Below, in pieces: positions 42,400-51,105 of a DNA stretch of 64,000 nucleotides (its first letter is position 1; each line of letters opens with the position of its first letter). Below the pieces are notes generated by a model that saw only the letters and a list, made by a program, of their open reading frames with translations, was not told where the DNA came from and did no database searches. The DNA lies in NCBI GenBank assembly GCA_050183355.1, contig JBFXBH010000001.1, positions 38,840 through 102,839 on the forward strand, in the 5' to 3' direction. The position numbers and the translations under genes are program-made. The DNA comes from Vicinamibacterales bacterium (GTDB lineage Bacteria > Acidobacteriota > Vicinamibacteria > Vicinamibacterales > UBA2999).

Positions 42400-43397
42400 G
42401 CTCGGTCTCCGGCCAGCATCGTGAACCACGTCTTCGTGGCCTGTTCGATCGACGCGGGGTCCCACACGGGCGCCTGCCGCCAGTAGTCGATCCGCTTCAC
42501 CATCTCCGCGACACCCGCCTCGAACGACACCTGCGGCGTCCAGCCAAGCTGGCTGCTGATCTTCGTGATGTCAGCCCAGGTGCAGTCCGGCTCGCCCGGC
42601 CGCTTCGGCACGTACACGACTTCGCCGCCGAGCAGCTCGACGAGCCGGTTGACGGACTGTGGCTTCCCCGCGCCGACGTTGTAGATCTCCTGGGTGCGTG
42701 GCGTCTCGGCCGCGGCGAGAAACGCCCGCGCCAGATCGCTCGCGAACACGAAGTCGCGCGTCTGGGTACCATCGCCGACGACGGTGAACGGCTTCCCGGC
42801 CAGCTTCTGCGCGAGGAACACACCGAACACCGCGCCGTAGGCGCCGGACGTCTTCGAGCGCGGGCCGTACGCGTTGAAGATGCGAATCACGTTGACGGGC
42901 AGTTTGTAGACGTGTCCCCAGTGCAGCACCGCCTGTTCGCCCTGGTACTTGCTCAGCGCGTACGGATACTCCGGCTGGATCGGCGCGTCTTCACGCGTCG
43001 GCGTGGCCGCGAGGCCGTAGCAGGACGACGAGGCCGCGTACACGAACTTGCGCGCGCCCGCCGCGCGAGCGGCCTCGAGCGCATGCACCGTGCCCTGCAC
43101 GTTGGCCGACATGTACTCGGCGGGACGCTCGATCGACGGCACGATGTCGCCAATCCCCGCGAAGTGGATCACATACGTGACATCCGCGAAGAGCGGGTCA
43201 CCCGGCGCGATGTCGCGGATGTCCCGCACGGCGACGGACAGCCTGGCGTTGCCCTGGTGATGCGCCAGATTGTCGAGCCGGCCGCCGACGAGGTTGTCGA
43301 TGACCCGCACCGTGAAGCCGCGCTCCAGGAGCAGGTCCACCATGTGGCTGCCGATGAAGCCGGCGCCGCCTGTGACGACGGCGATCGGCTCGCTCAC
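42396..43397 (-). CDS. NAD-dependent nucleotide-sugar epimerase/dehydratase (extended SDR), ~333 aa
   Basis: ORF 42396-43487 trimmed to GTG 43397 (GTGA overlap). AVVTGGAGFIGSHMVDLLL, ASSSCYG, YPYALSKYQGE, RIFNAYGPR. Confidence 0.85.
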   Translation of the reverse strand: MSEPIAVVTGGAGFIGSHMVDLLLERGFTVRVIDNLVGGRLDNLAHHQGNARLSVAVRDIRDIAPGDPLFADVTYVIHFAGIGDIVPSIERPAEYMSANVQGTVHALEAARAAGARKFVYAASSSCYGLAATPTREDAPIQPEYPYALSKYQGEQAVLHWGHVYKLPVNVIRIFNAYGPRSKTSGAYGAVFGVFLAQKLAGKPFTVVGDGTQTRDFVFASDLARAFLAAAETPRTQEIYNVGAGKPQSVNRLVELLGGEVVYVPKRPGEPDCTWADITKISSQLGWTPQVSFEAGVAEMVKRIDYWRQAPVWDPASIEQATKTWFTMLAGDRA

Positions 43398-44395
43398 TTG
43401 AGCGCCATCGCTTTCACGGACCGCACGTTGAAGTACTTCTGATCCTCGAAGCTGTTCGGGATCTTGCCGGCCTTGAAGGCGCGGCACAGGTCACGCACGG
43501 CGTCCTCGATGGAGTGCTTCGGCGTCCAGCCGAGCACGTCGGCGATCTTCCGGGAGGAGACGTGGTACGAGCGGTTGTCGTCGCTCGGCGTGGTGACGAT
43601 CGGAATCGGCGCCTTCTCGGGGAACTCCTGCTCGACGATCCGCTTCACCTGCTCGGCCAGTTCCGAGACCGTGAAGTTCTCGTACCCGGCGTTGAACGTC
43701 TGCCCGGCGATCTGCGCGTCGGGCCGCTCCATCAGATCCACGTACAGGTCCGTGATGTCCTCGATGTGGATGTTCGGCCGCTTCTGCGTACCGCCGAAGA
43801 CGGTGATCTGGCCCTTGTTGACGGCGTGGTTGGTGAGAATGTTGACCGTCAGGTCCAGCCGCAGGCGCGGCGAGTATCCGCAGACGGTCGCGGGACGGAC
43901 GATCACCGTCGTGAACGTAGGGGACTGATACTTGAGCAGGAACGGCTCGGTGAGTCCCTTGTACTTGTTGTACTCGGTCAGCGGCAGCAGCGGATGGGTT
44001 TCCGTCACCTCGGGCGCGTCGCTGACGCCGTAGACGGAACTGCTCGACGCGTAGATGAATCGCCGCACGCCGGCGTCCACGGCCGCCTTCACCATCGGCT
44101 CGAACGCGTCGAAGTTGATCGACTTGCTGAGGTCGGGATCGAGCTCGAAGCTCGGATCGTTCGAGATGCACGCAAGATTGATGACGGTATGCGCGCCCTC
44201 GAAGATCTGGCGGAGCAGCGCAGTGTTGCGGATATCGCCCTCCACGACGGTCAGGTGCGGCTCACCGTTCGGCAGGCCGTCGGACCCGTAGAGCATGAGG
44301 TCGAACACCACCACTTCGTAGCCCTGCTTCAGCAGCTTGGGCACCAGCACGCAGCCCTTGTATCCGGCTCCACCGACGACAACGACCTTCTTCAA
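43394..44395 (-). CDS. NAD-dependent nucleotide-sugar epimerase/dehydratase (extended SDR), ~333 aa
   Basis: ORF 43394-44920; the first 175 codons are junk. The TTG start at 44395 is preceded by AGGAGG 5 nt upstream. KKVVVVGGAGYKGCVLV, SSSSVYG, TEYNKYKGL, RPATVCG. Lower GC than its neighbours by eye. Confidence 0.8.
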   Translation of the reverse strand: MKKVVVVGGAGYKGCVLVPKLLKQGYEVVVFDLMLYGSDGLPNGEPHLTVVEGDIRNTALLRQIFEGAHTVINLACISNDPSFELDPDLSKSINFDAFEPMVKAAVDAGVRRFIYASSSSVYGVSDAPEVTETHPLLPLTEYNKYKGLTEPFLLKYQSPTFTTVIVRPATVCGYSPRLRLDLTVNILTNHAVNKGQITVFGGTQKRPNIHIEDITDLYVDLMERPDAQIAGQTFNAGYENFTVSELAEQVKRIVEQEFPEKAPIPIVTTPSDDNRSYHVSSRKIADVLGWTPKHSIEDAVRDLCRAFKAGKIPNSFEDQKYFNVRSVKAMALK

Positions 44396-44430
44396 TGCGC
44401 CTCCTGTGCGGCGAAACGCCGCGTCCAACA

Positions 44431-45174
44431 CTAGAAGTCCTCGTCGAACGCCAGGCCGGCGATCGAAAAGCCAGCCGACACCGCGTCCTGCCGGAACATC
44501 TTCACCGTATCGAGCGAGAAGGCGGCGAGATCCTTCCCGATGAGCGGCAGCTTGGCCAGCACGTCGCTGGTCGCGGTGATCACGTGGCAGCCGATCTCGT
44601 CCGCCTGGATCACATTGAGCAGTTCGCGTGGGCTCGCCCAGATCAACTCGGACTGCGGCAGCGGTCGCATCAGCTCGAGTGATGTCGCCATGATCGGCAT
44701 GGGATCCCGGCCGGTATCCGCGATGCGGCCGGCAAACACCGAGATGAAACTGGCGACCGACGGTGACAACGCTGACACAACCGCCGCGACCTGCTCGGTC
44801 GTCAGCAGGGCGGTGACATTCAACTGCACACCACGCGACGCGAGCGCCGTGATCAGCGGCCCGGCAAACGCGCCCGCCGTGTTCGTCACGGGAATCTTCA
44901 CGAAGACGTTTGGTCCCCACGAGGCGATCTGGAGCGCCTGCGAGGCCATCTCCCGGAAGTCATCCGAGAACACCTCGAACGAGATCGGCCGGTCGGGCAC
45001 AACCGCCAGCATCTCGCGCGCGAAGGCCGCGTAGTCGGACACCCCGGCCTTCTTCATCAGCGTGGGGTTGGTCGTGAAGCCCTTGATGAGGGGGTTCGCG
45101 GCCATCTGGCGGATGACGGCGAGGTCGGCACCGTCGGCGAACAGCTTGACGCGCAGATCTGATGCGCTAGGCAT
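44431..45174 (-). CDS. Transaldolase / fructose-6-phosphate-aldolase family protein, 247 aa
   Basis: Full ORF. KGFTTNPTLM, VFVKIPVT (Schiff-base lysine context), NVTALLT, SVFAGRIAD. Confidence 0.85.
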   Translation of the reverse strand: MPSASDLRVKLFADGADLAVIRQMAANPLIKGFTTNPTLMKKAGVSDYAAFAREMLAVVPDRPISFEVFSDDFREMASQALQIASWGPNVFVKIPVTNTAGAFAGPLITALASRGVQLNVTALLTTEQVAAVVSALSPSVASFISVFAGRIADTGRDPMPIMATSLELMRPLPQSELIWASPRELLNVIQADEIGCHVITATSDVLAKLPLIGKDLAAFSLDTVKMFRQDAVSAGFSIAGLAFDEDF

Positions 45175-45228
45175 GACACTCCTGGGAGGTGGTGGGAATG
45201 ACGTCCGAACCGGGACGTGGAGAGCGGT

Positions 45229-45831
45229 TCACCGCGCGGTCGACTCCCACTTGGTCGCCATCTGCTGCAGGATCGGATGCGACACGAGTGCGTGCCAGAC
45301 CACGGCCTGAAACGCCTCGGAGAGCGGTGTGATGAGCGCGGGGTCCACCGTCGGGATCACGATGACCTCGTCGCCGACCCGCTTCGTGTATCCGCCGTCG
45401 CGGCCGACGATGCCGAAGACGCGCATCTGGCGGCGCTTCGCCTCTTCGAGTCCCCTGACGATGTTCGGACTGACGTTGCGCTCAAGATCGCCACCACCCA
45501 CGGACAGCACCAGCACGGCATCACGGTCGCTGGCGCGGCTGACGCGCAGATACGCCTCGAAGACCGTCTCCCATCCTTCGTCGTTGGTGCGGGCGGTCAG
45601 TTCCGACACGTTGTCCGTCGGCGCGCAGGCGTCGATTCCGGCGAGCTTGCGAAAGTCGTTGACCGCATGGCCGCAGTTCCCCGCGCTGCCCCCGACGCCG
45701 AAGAGAAACAGACGGCCGCCGCGCGCGCGCAGGTCGGCGAGCGCCCGGGCAAGCCGTTCGATTCCAGGCTGATCGATCTGTGCCGCGATCGTGGCGACAT
45801 GTTCAAAGTAGCGGGCAAGGTGATCGGTCAT
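45229..45831 (-). CDS. gmhA: SIS-domain sedoheptulose-7-phosphate isomerase (GmhA-like), 200 aa
   Basis: Full ORF. RLFLFGVGGSAGNCGHAVNDF, VLVLSVGGG, VFGIVGRDGG. Adjacent to the transaldolase and, four genes downstream, the kinase/nucleotidyltransferase. Confidence 0.75.
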   Translation of the reverse strand: MTDHLARYFEHVATIAAQIDQPGIERLARALADLRARGGRLFLFGVGGSAGNCGHAVNDFRKLAGIDACAPTDNVSELTARTNDEGWETVFEAYLRVSRASDRDAVLVLSVGGGDLERNVSPNIVRGLEEAKRRQMRVFGIVGRDGGYTKRVGDEVIVIPTVDPALITPLSEAFQAVVWHALVSHPILQQMATKWESTAR

Positions 45832-46111
45832 GATCTTGCGAATGTAGCTTCGCCCTCTCGGTTACATGACGGTGCAGACGCAACCGAATAACTGCGCTCC
45901 ATCCAAGCGCCCGTGTTCACGCGCGGGCGTTCCCGGCCGGCACTCCCGGGACGCAACAGCTGAATGTCACGGATGATTCTGTGGAACAACCGGCGTGGCT
46001 CAGATGCTCAGGATGGGCTCACACTTCCAGATAAACCCTGTCAGTGTACACCGCGCATATCCGGGGCTTCAACTGAGCGGGACGCCGCGCGGCGCGCGGC
46101 GGCGACGCCAT

Positions 46112-47995
46112 TCAGCAGGGAGCGAGCGCGCGAATGGTCACGGCCACGTCCAGCGCGCGGGCGGCCGCGAGCATACGCCGCACGGCCGGTTCATCCGCAG
46201 CCCCGCCGGCGACTTCGAGGCGGCTCGCCCGGAACTTGAGGAGGAGCAGGCGGGCCTGCGCGGCCTCAGCAGGTACGGTCACCACGACGCAGCGCTTGAT
46301 CCGGCGACTGGCCGCCCTTGCCGCCGTGCCGGCGGCACTTCCCTCTGGCGTGCACAGGAGAATCCGGCCGCCCCGGCCGGCCAACTCGACCGCCACGGAC
46401 AGAAGCCCTTCGACCTGGTCGGGAGTGGACGCCAGGCAGACCACCCGCTGGCCGCCTCCCGACTCGGCGTGCCCGACGCGAAAGGGCTCGACGGCGGGCA
46501 GAAACCACTCCTGGAACCGCGGTGACGCTGTCGTCGCCCGCAGTTGCCGCGCGTTCTCCGCCGCGGGGGCGAACAGCGCGAGCCACCGGCGCACCGCCGC
46601 CGTGCGCCAGTCGCGGCGGACCGGCCGGTACACCGCCGTGGCCTGTTCGACCGCTTCCGCGAACACACGCCCCGCGGGAATGTCCGCGCCGGCAGGACGC
46701 ACGAAGGCCGCAACGAAGCGCCGGGATTGCACGTCGGCATCCCGGGCCTCCAGCGCCGCTCCCAGCTGCCGCACGTGTTCCGCCAGCGAGGATGCGGTAT
46801 GCAGGAGCCCGCCGCCCGCCTTCTGAAGGTGACGGAAATGCAGCGTGCCGGACTGCGTGCCGGCATAGCGCTCGGACAGAATCGAGAACACCGGGCGGCC
46901 GACAATCGCCGACTCGATCTGCGCACTCGTATTCACGCCGACGACGGCCTGGCTGAACGACAACGAGTGAAAGAAGTCCGAGCGGGCCTCCGCCCCGACC
47001 GGATTGGCTCCCTCCCGGGGCCACACAACCGTCAAGCCGTCGTCAAAGACCTCGTCGCGCCACTGGGATGCGTTCTGGGGATGCGGCCGGATGATGACCG
47101 CCGCCGAACGCAACGGCTCAGCGGCGCCGCGAATCGCCGCCAGCCACTCACGCACGGCCGGCCGTTCGTCGCCCGCGATGAACACCGAAGAACAGAGATA
47201 CAGCAGCAGCGGACGGTCGGGCGGCACACCCGCCGTGGCGCAGAAGGTGGCGCGATCCGTCTGGAGCGGCTGCTCGAACCAGTGATCGAATGCCTGGGCG
47301 CCCGTCGCACGGCAGTGCGCGCGGTCGAGCCCCTGGTGCGTCACGCACTCCTCGATCTGCGCGTCGTTCCAGACGAGCGCGAGATCCGGCTTCTCGTGCA
47401 ACAGGCCCTTCGTCGTGAGGTGATCCCAGCTCCCGGCTGCATAGACGACCGGCAGGCGGCGCGCGCGCGCCGCGCGGACGATGTTGACCTGAACGGACAG
47501 GAAATACAGGAGCGGCGTGACGACGACGACGTCGGGTCCGAAGGCGTCGAGCGGCGCGCCTGCGTCGTCCGGGACGGGCAGCCGGCGCTCGGCTGCGTGC
47601 ACGAGCGCGTCCACGAGTCTCCGGACGGGCGTGAATCGCAGCAGCGGATCGAGTCGCACGGCGAACGCGGGCGTCTCGGTCCGCGCCCGCTGACGCAGCA
47701 GCGGCGCGTCGTCGTACTCCGGGCCGAGGTACCGCCAGTAGTCTCGAGCCGCCCGGAGATCCAGGGCGAGTGCCGACCAGGCGTCGGCGCCACCTGCCGC
47801 GACACCCGATGTCAGCCGGCCATCGCCAGGGTCGACGCGGTCGAGAACCTGGAGCGCCGCACCGGTGACGCTCCCGCGATCGGCGTCCTTGCCGAAGAGC
47901 ACGTGCACGTGGTGGCCGCGAAGCAGCAGGTGCCGGAGGCCCGATTCGAAGTTCCTGAGAAAGCCCGGGTGGCTGATGGCGAAGAGAATCTTCAT
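46112..47995 (-). CDS. Family-Y protein with ~150-aa C-terminal extension, ~627 aa
   Basis: ORF 46112-48178 trimmed to ATG 47995 (MKILFAISHPGFLRNFES; ATGA overlap). PDVVVVTPLLY, SWDHLTTKG, VWNDAQIEECVTHQGLDRAHCRATGAQAFDHWF, IIRPHPQ, VVGVNTSAQIESAIVGRPVF, TQSGTLHFRHL, FVRPAG. Extra tail: QRVVCLASTPDQVEGLLSVAVELAGRGGRILLCT. Confidence 0.75.
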   Translation of the reverse strand: MKILFAISHPGFLRNFESGLRHLLLRGHHVHVLFGKDADRGSVTGAALQVLDRVDPGDGRLTSGVAAGGADAWSALALDLRAARDYWRYLGPEYDDAPLLRQRARTETPAFAVRLDPLLRFTPVRRLVDALVHAAERRLPVPDDAGAPLDAFGPDVVVVTPLLYFLSVQVNIVRAARARRLPVVYAAGSWDHLTTKGLLHEKPDLALVWNDAQIEECVTHQGLDRAHCRATGAQAFDHWFEQPLQTDRATFCATAGVPPDRPLLLYLCSSVFIAGDERPAVREWLAAIRGAAEPLRSAAVIIRPHPQNASQWRDEVFDDGLTVVWPREGANPVGAEARSDFFHSLSFSQAVVGVNTSAQIESAIVGRPVFSILSERYAGTQSGTLHFRHLQKAGGGLLHTASSLAEHVRQLGAALEARDADVQSRRFVAAFVRPAGADIPAGRVFAEAVEQATAVYRPVRRDWRTAAVRRWLALFAPAAENARQLRATTASPRFQEWFLPAVEPFRVGHAESGGGQRVVCLASTPDQVEGLLSVAVELAGRGGRILLCTPEGSAAGTAARAASRRIKRCVVVTVPAEAAQARLLLLKFRASRLEVAGGAADEPAVRRMLAAARALDVAVTIRALAPC

Positions 47996-49329
47996 CCGGG
48001 ATGAGCGAGGCCGGGACCCGTCACTCCGGCCAGGCCCGCGTTCAGGAGTCCGGCGGCGTGCGTCGGGATCACCGTCAGCGGCGCGGCATGCAGCCGGGAG
48101 AACGCGAGATCGGCCAGGTGCCGGTGGTGCAGGTAGTAGTCGGCGACCGAGTGGAACACCACGGCTTCGACGTCGCACATCGGCGCCAGATAGGAGAACC
48201 CGCCGTAGGTGCCGACAAACGCCCGGGCGTGTCCCACCACCGCCGTCTGCACCTCGAGGTTGTTGGCCGGCGTCACTGCCGCGCCGAGCGCGCTGAGAGA
48301 CAGATGGCGCGGGTCCGAGTACTGGCCGTGGTCGTCAACGGCCGCGCCCTGGTCCAGCAGGACCACGGGCAGGCCCGCGGCGACCTGCGACAGAACATCC
48401 GCCGCAAACCGCCGGTTCTCAGCCGTGTCCGGAAAGGCGGTGCTGAAATAGAACTTGGCCGCGACGTAGTCCGCCGGCAGACCCGGCACAAGCGTTCGAG
48501 GCGGCGGGATAATCCCGCGATAGCGCAGGACGTCCAGCATCGGCCGCACGCCGGTCTGCCCATCCAGGTACGCCGCCGCCATGCCGTAGAGATAGGTGGG
48601 ATGCAGCACGAACGGCACGGAGCCGAGATGCGCCGACGCGAGGCGTATCAACCGGCGGTCCCGGGGGCCAACGCGCAACTGTTTGAGCCTCGCGCCGTCT
48701 GGCGCCGCGCCCCGATCGCCCGCCAGGGCGAGGACGTCGAGATACCTGGGGGCCAGATCTCCGTACCACGAGACCGGACCGCCGCGGGACATCACCACGA
48801 GCCGGGACGGGTCGACGGCGAAGTGCTCCACGAACCACCGGACAAACGGAATCCAGTAGACCAGCTCGAAACCGACTTCTCCGGTCCAGGGTCCGACGAG
48901 CACCGGACGCGTGCCTGCCGCGATCCGCGACAGCCGCTGCATGACCTGCTGCTGGATCACGGCCTGCTGGGAAATGGACTGGGTGGAGCCGAGCACTCCC
49001 TTCAGGAAGAGGCTCTGCTTGGAGAGGGTGGCCCTCAGCCGCTGCGTCTGCTCGCGCAGGTCGCCCTTCAGGGCCTTCTGGCCGAGGAAGCCGGTCTCAA
49101 GCGCGGTCCGGGTTCCCGCCAGCCGGTCCGTGATCCGCTGCATCTCCTTCCGCAGCGCGGCCACGTCCTTCCTGAGCACTTCCACGTTGGCGTGGTCGGC
49201 GGCGTGAGCACCACGCAGGGTCCGCAACATCTCGAGCACCTGCTTGCGTCCACGACGCTCGTCCTCCGCCATCGGATGGAAGAGCGGCGCGAGTCGGATC
49301 CCGAGACGTCGAAGCAGGGACTGCCCCAT
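47992..49329 (-). CDS. Family-X protein with ~130-aa N-terminal coiled-coil extension, ~445 aa
   Basis: ORF 47992-49440 trimmed to ATG 49329 (MGQSLLRRLGIRLAPLFHPMAE). Heptad-like region LRKDVAALRKEMQRITDRLAG..LREQTQRLRATLSKQ, then VLVGPWTGEVGFELVYWIPFVRW, VVMSRGGPVSWYG, YVAAKFYFSTAFP, ARAFVGTYGGFSYLAPMCDV. Confidence 0.75.
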   Translation of the reverse strand: MGQSLLRRLGIRLAPLFHPMAEDERRGRKQVLEMLRTLRGAHAADHANVEVLRKDVAALRKEMQRITDRLAGTRTALETGFLGQKALKGDLREQTQRLRATLSKQSLFLKGVLGSTQSISQQAVIQQQVMQRLSRIAAGTRPVLVGPWTGEVGFELVYWIPFVRWFVEHFAVDPSRLVVMSRGGPVSWYGDLAPRYLDVLALAGDRGAAPDGARLKQLRVGPRDRRLIRLASAHLGSVPFVLHPTYLYGMAAAYLDGQTGVRPMLDVLRYRGIIPPPRTLVPGLPADYVAAKFYFSTAFPDTAENRRFAADVLSQVAAGLPVVLLDQGAAVDDHGQYSDPRHLSLSALGAAVTPANNLEVQTAVVGHARAFVGTYGGFSYLAPMCDVEAVVFHSVADYYLHHRHLADLAFSRLHAAPLTVIPTHAAGLLNAGLAGVTGPGLAHPG

Positions 49330-49434
49330 CGCTTGGGGTAGTGTCGCACACCTCGCCGGCACCGTCGCGCGGACGGAGACCGGGTTAGGATGGTGCAACT
49401 TCCGCTGGTCCATTCCAGGACCCGCGCCTCGGCC

Positions 49435-50877
49435 ATGCACCTACTCCTGCTGCTCGGAGCTCCGCTCTACCTGCGACCGTTCATCGATACGGTGCGCACG
49501 CTGGCGGAGCGTGGCCACCGCGTCACGATCGGCTGGCCACCCGAATCCGCTCGCGAGCATGAGACAGCCCCGGCGGCACTGGCCACCGTCGAGGGCGTGC
49601 GATTCGTCACCGTTCCGTCGACCCGTGGCGAACGGCAGGACGAAGTGGGCCTCCTGAGACGCGCGCGGACGTACGTGCGCTATCTCGATCCCCCTTTCCG
49701 CAACGCCGGGAAGCTGCGCCGCCGCGCCTACGGCCGGCTGCTGCGGGTGGCCCTGACGGATCACGCCGCGGCCGACCTGGCATTGGGCGATGCGCTGGTC
49801 GACCTCCCAAGGCGCGACGTCAAACGGCTGGCCGAGACGCTGACCTGGCTCGAGTCCCTCGTGCCGCCGGACCCGGTTTCCATCGGGCTGCTTGCGGACG
49901 GGGGGTACGACGCGGTGCTTGTCTCGCCGCTGGTGGACCTGAGCTCGTCGGGTCAGGCCGACATCGTCAAGGCCGCCCGGCACCTCGGCCTCCGCACCGG
50001 CCTGCTCGTCTACAGCTGGGACAACCTCAGTACCAAGGGCAGCCTGCACGTGACGCCGGACACGGTGTTCACCTGGAACCAGGTGCAGCGCAACGAGGCC
50101 GCCAAGCTCCACGGCGTGCCGGTGGACCGCATCGTCGTCACGGGCGCACCGCGGTTCGACGCATTCCTGGACCGCGCGCCCCTGTTCGCCCGTCCGCACT
50201 TTCTGGCCCAGCTCGAACTGGATCCCGCAAAGCCGGTGCTGATGTACGTCTGTTCGTCGGCGTTCGTCAGTGGCGACGAATCCGTGTTCATCAGGCAGTG
50301 GCTGGCCGCACTGCGAGGCTCGCCCTCGCCGGATGTCCGTGCGTGCGGCGTGATCATCCGTCCGCACCCGGATGTTCCCCTGACCGGCATGGACGTCCCG
50401 GGCCGGAAGGTGGACCTGGCGTTTGACGGCGTTCCGGTGACGACGCGCCGGCCCTTTGGTGATCCGCACGCCGCGATCGTCAGCACGGCGTCGCTGACGC
50501 CGCAGGGTCTCTACGAGTGTCTCGTCCACAGCGACGCCGTCGTCGGCCTGAACACCAGCGCCGAGATCGAGGCGGGTCTCCTTGGCCGGCCTGTGTTCTC
50601 CGTGCTCGCGGGCGACGACGCGGATGGTCAGCAGACGACGCTGCACTTCCACTACCTCCTCAAGGGAAGCGGAGGTTTTGTCGAGGTGGCCAACTCGCTC
50701 ACGCAGCACTGCGAACAGCTGCAGACAGCGCTGGCGCTCACGCCCCGTCAGCGGAAGCGGGAGTCGAAGATCATCACGCGTCGCGCGATGAAATTCGTCA
50801 GGCCGCTCGGCGCCACTCTGCCGGTGGCCGGGTTGCTGGCCGACGCGATCGAGCGGGAGCTCTCCAGGCGCGACTGA
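49435..50877 (+). CDS. Family-Y protein (only plus-strand copy), ~480 aa
   Basis: ORF 49390-50877 trimmed to ATG 49435 (MHLLLLLGAPLYLRPFIDT..RGHRVTI). YDAVLVSPLVD, SWDNLSTKG, TWNQVQRNEAAKLHGVPVDRIVVTGAPRFDAF, IIRPHPD, VVGLNTSAEIEAGLLGRPVF, TTLHFHYL, FVRPLG. Confidence 0.75.
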   Translation: MHLLLLLGAPLYLRPFIDTVRTLAERGHRVTIGWPPESAREHETAPAALATVEGVRFVTVPSTRGERQDEVGLLRRARTYVRYLDPPFRNAGKLRRRAYGRLLRVALTDHAAADLALGDALVDLPRRDVKRLAETLTWLESLVPPDPVSIGLLADGGYDAVLVSPLVDLSSSGQADIVKAARHLGLRTGLLVYSWDNLSTKGSLHVTPDTVFTWNQVQRNEAAKLHGVPVDRIVVTGAPRFDAFLDRAPLFARPHFLAQLELDPAKPVLMYVCSSAFVSGDESVFIRQWLAALRGSPSPDVRACGVIIRPHPDVPLTGMDVPGRKVDLAFDGVPVTTRRPFGDPHAAIVSTASLTPQGLYECLVHSDAVVGLNTSAEIEAGLLGRPVFSVLAGDDADGQQTTLHFHYLLKGSGGFVEVANSLTQHCEQLQTALALTPRQRKRESKIITRRAMKFVRPLGATLPVAGLLADAIERELSRRD

Positions 50878-50907
50878 CGCCGGCAGGCGCGCCGCCCGCC
50901 GGCTGGC

Positions 50908-51087
50908 CTAGAAGAGTGTGTAGATGAACGGCGCGGCCGCAGTGCTCGCGAGCGCCATCAGACCGGCGACGGCGAGCAGGACGACGATCAGCGGGATCAG
51001 CCACCACTTCTTCTCGCGGCGCAGCAGATCCCAGACGTCACCAAGAAAACCCCCGCCGCCTGCCGCGGCCTTCTCGAACTCCGACAT
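50908..51087 (-). CDS. Small single-TM protein, 59 aa (resembles the small membrane proteins that accompany carbamoyltransferase genes)
   Basis: Below the ORF-track size cutoff; my own translation is MSEFEKAAAGGGGFLGDVWDLLRREKKWWLIPLIVVLLAVAGLMALASTAAAPFIYTLF. High GC3; starts 18 nt after the carbamoyltransferase stop. Confidence 0.55.
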   Translation of the reverse strand: MSEFEKAAAGGGGFLGDVWDLLRREKKWWLIPLIVVLLAVAGLMALASTAAAPFIYTLF

Positions 51088-51105
51088 CGATGCGCCTTTC
51101 GGGTC

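Noticed and set aside
46080-46111. GC-rich palindrome (CGCCGCG-CGC-CGCGGCG) just after the stop of 46112-47995 as a terminator
   Set aside because: It is only a 7-bp stem with a 3-nt loop and no U-tract. Such palindromes arise by chance in DNA this GC-rich.
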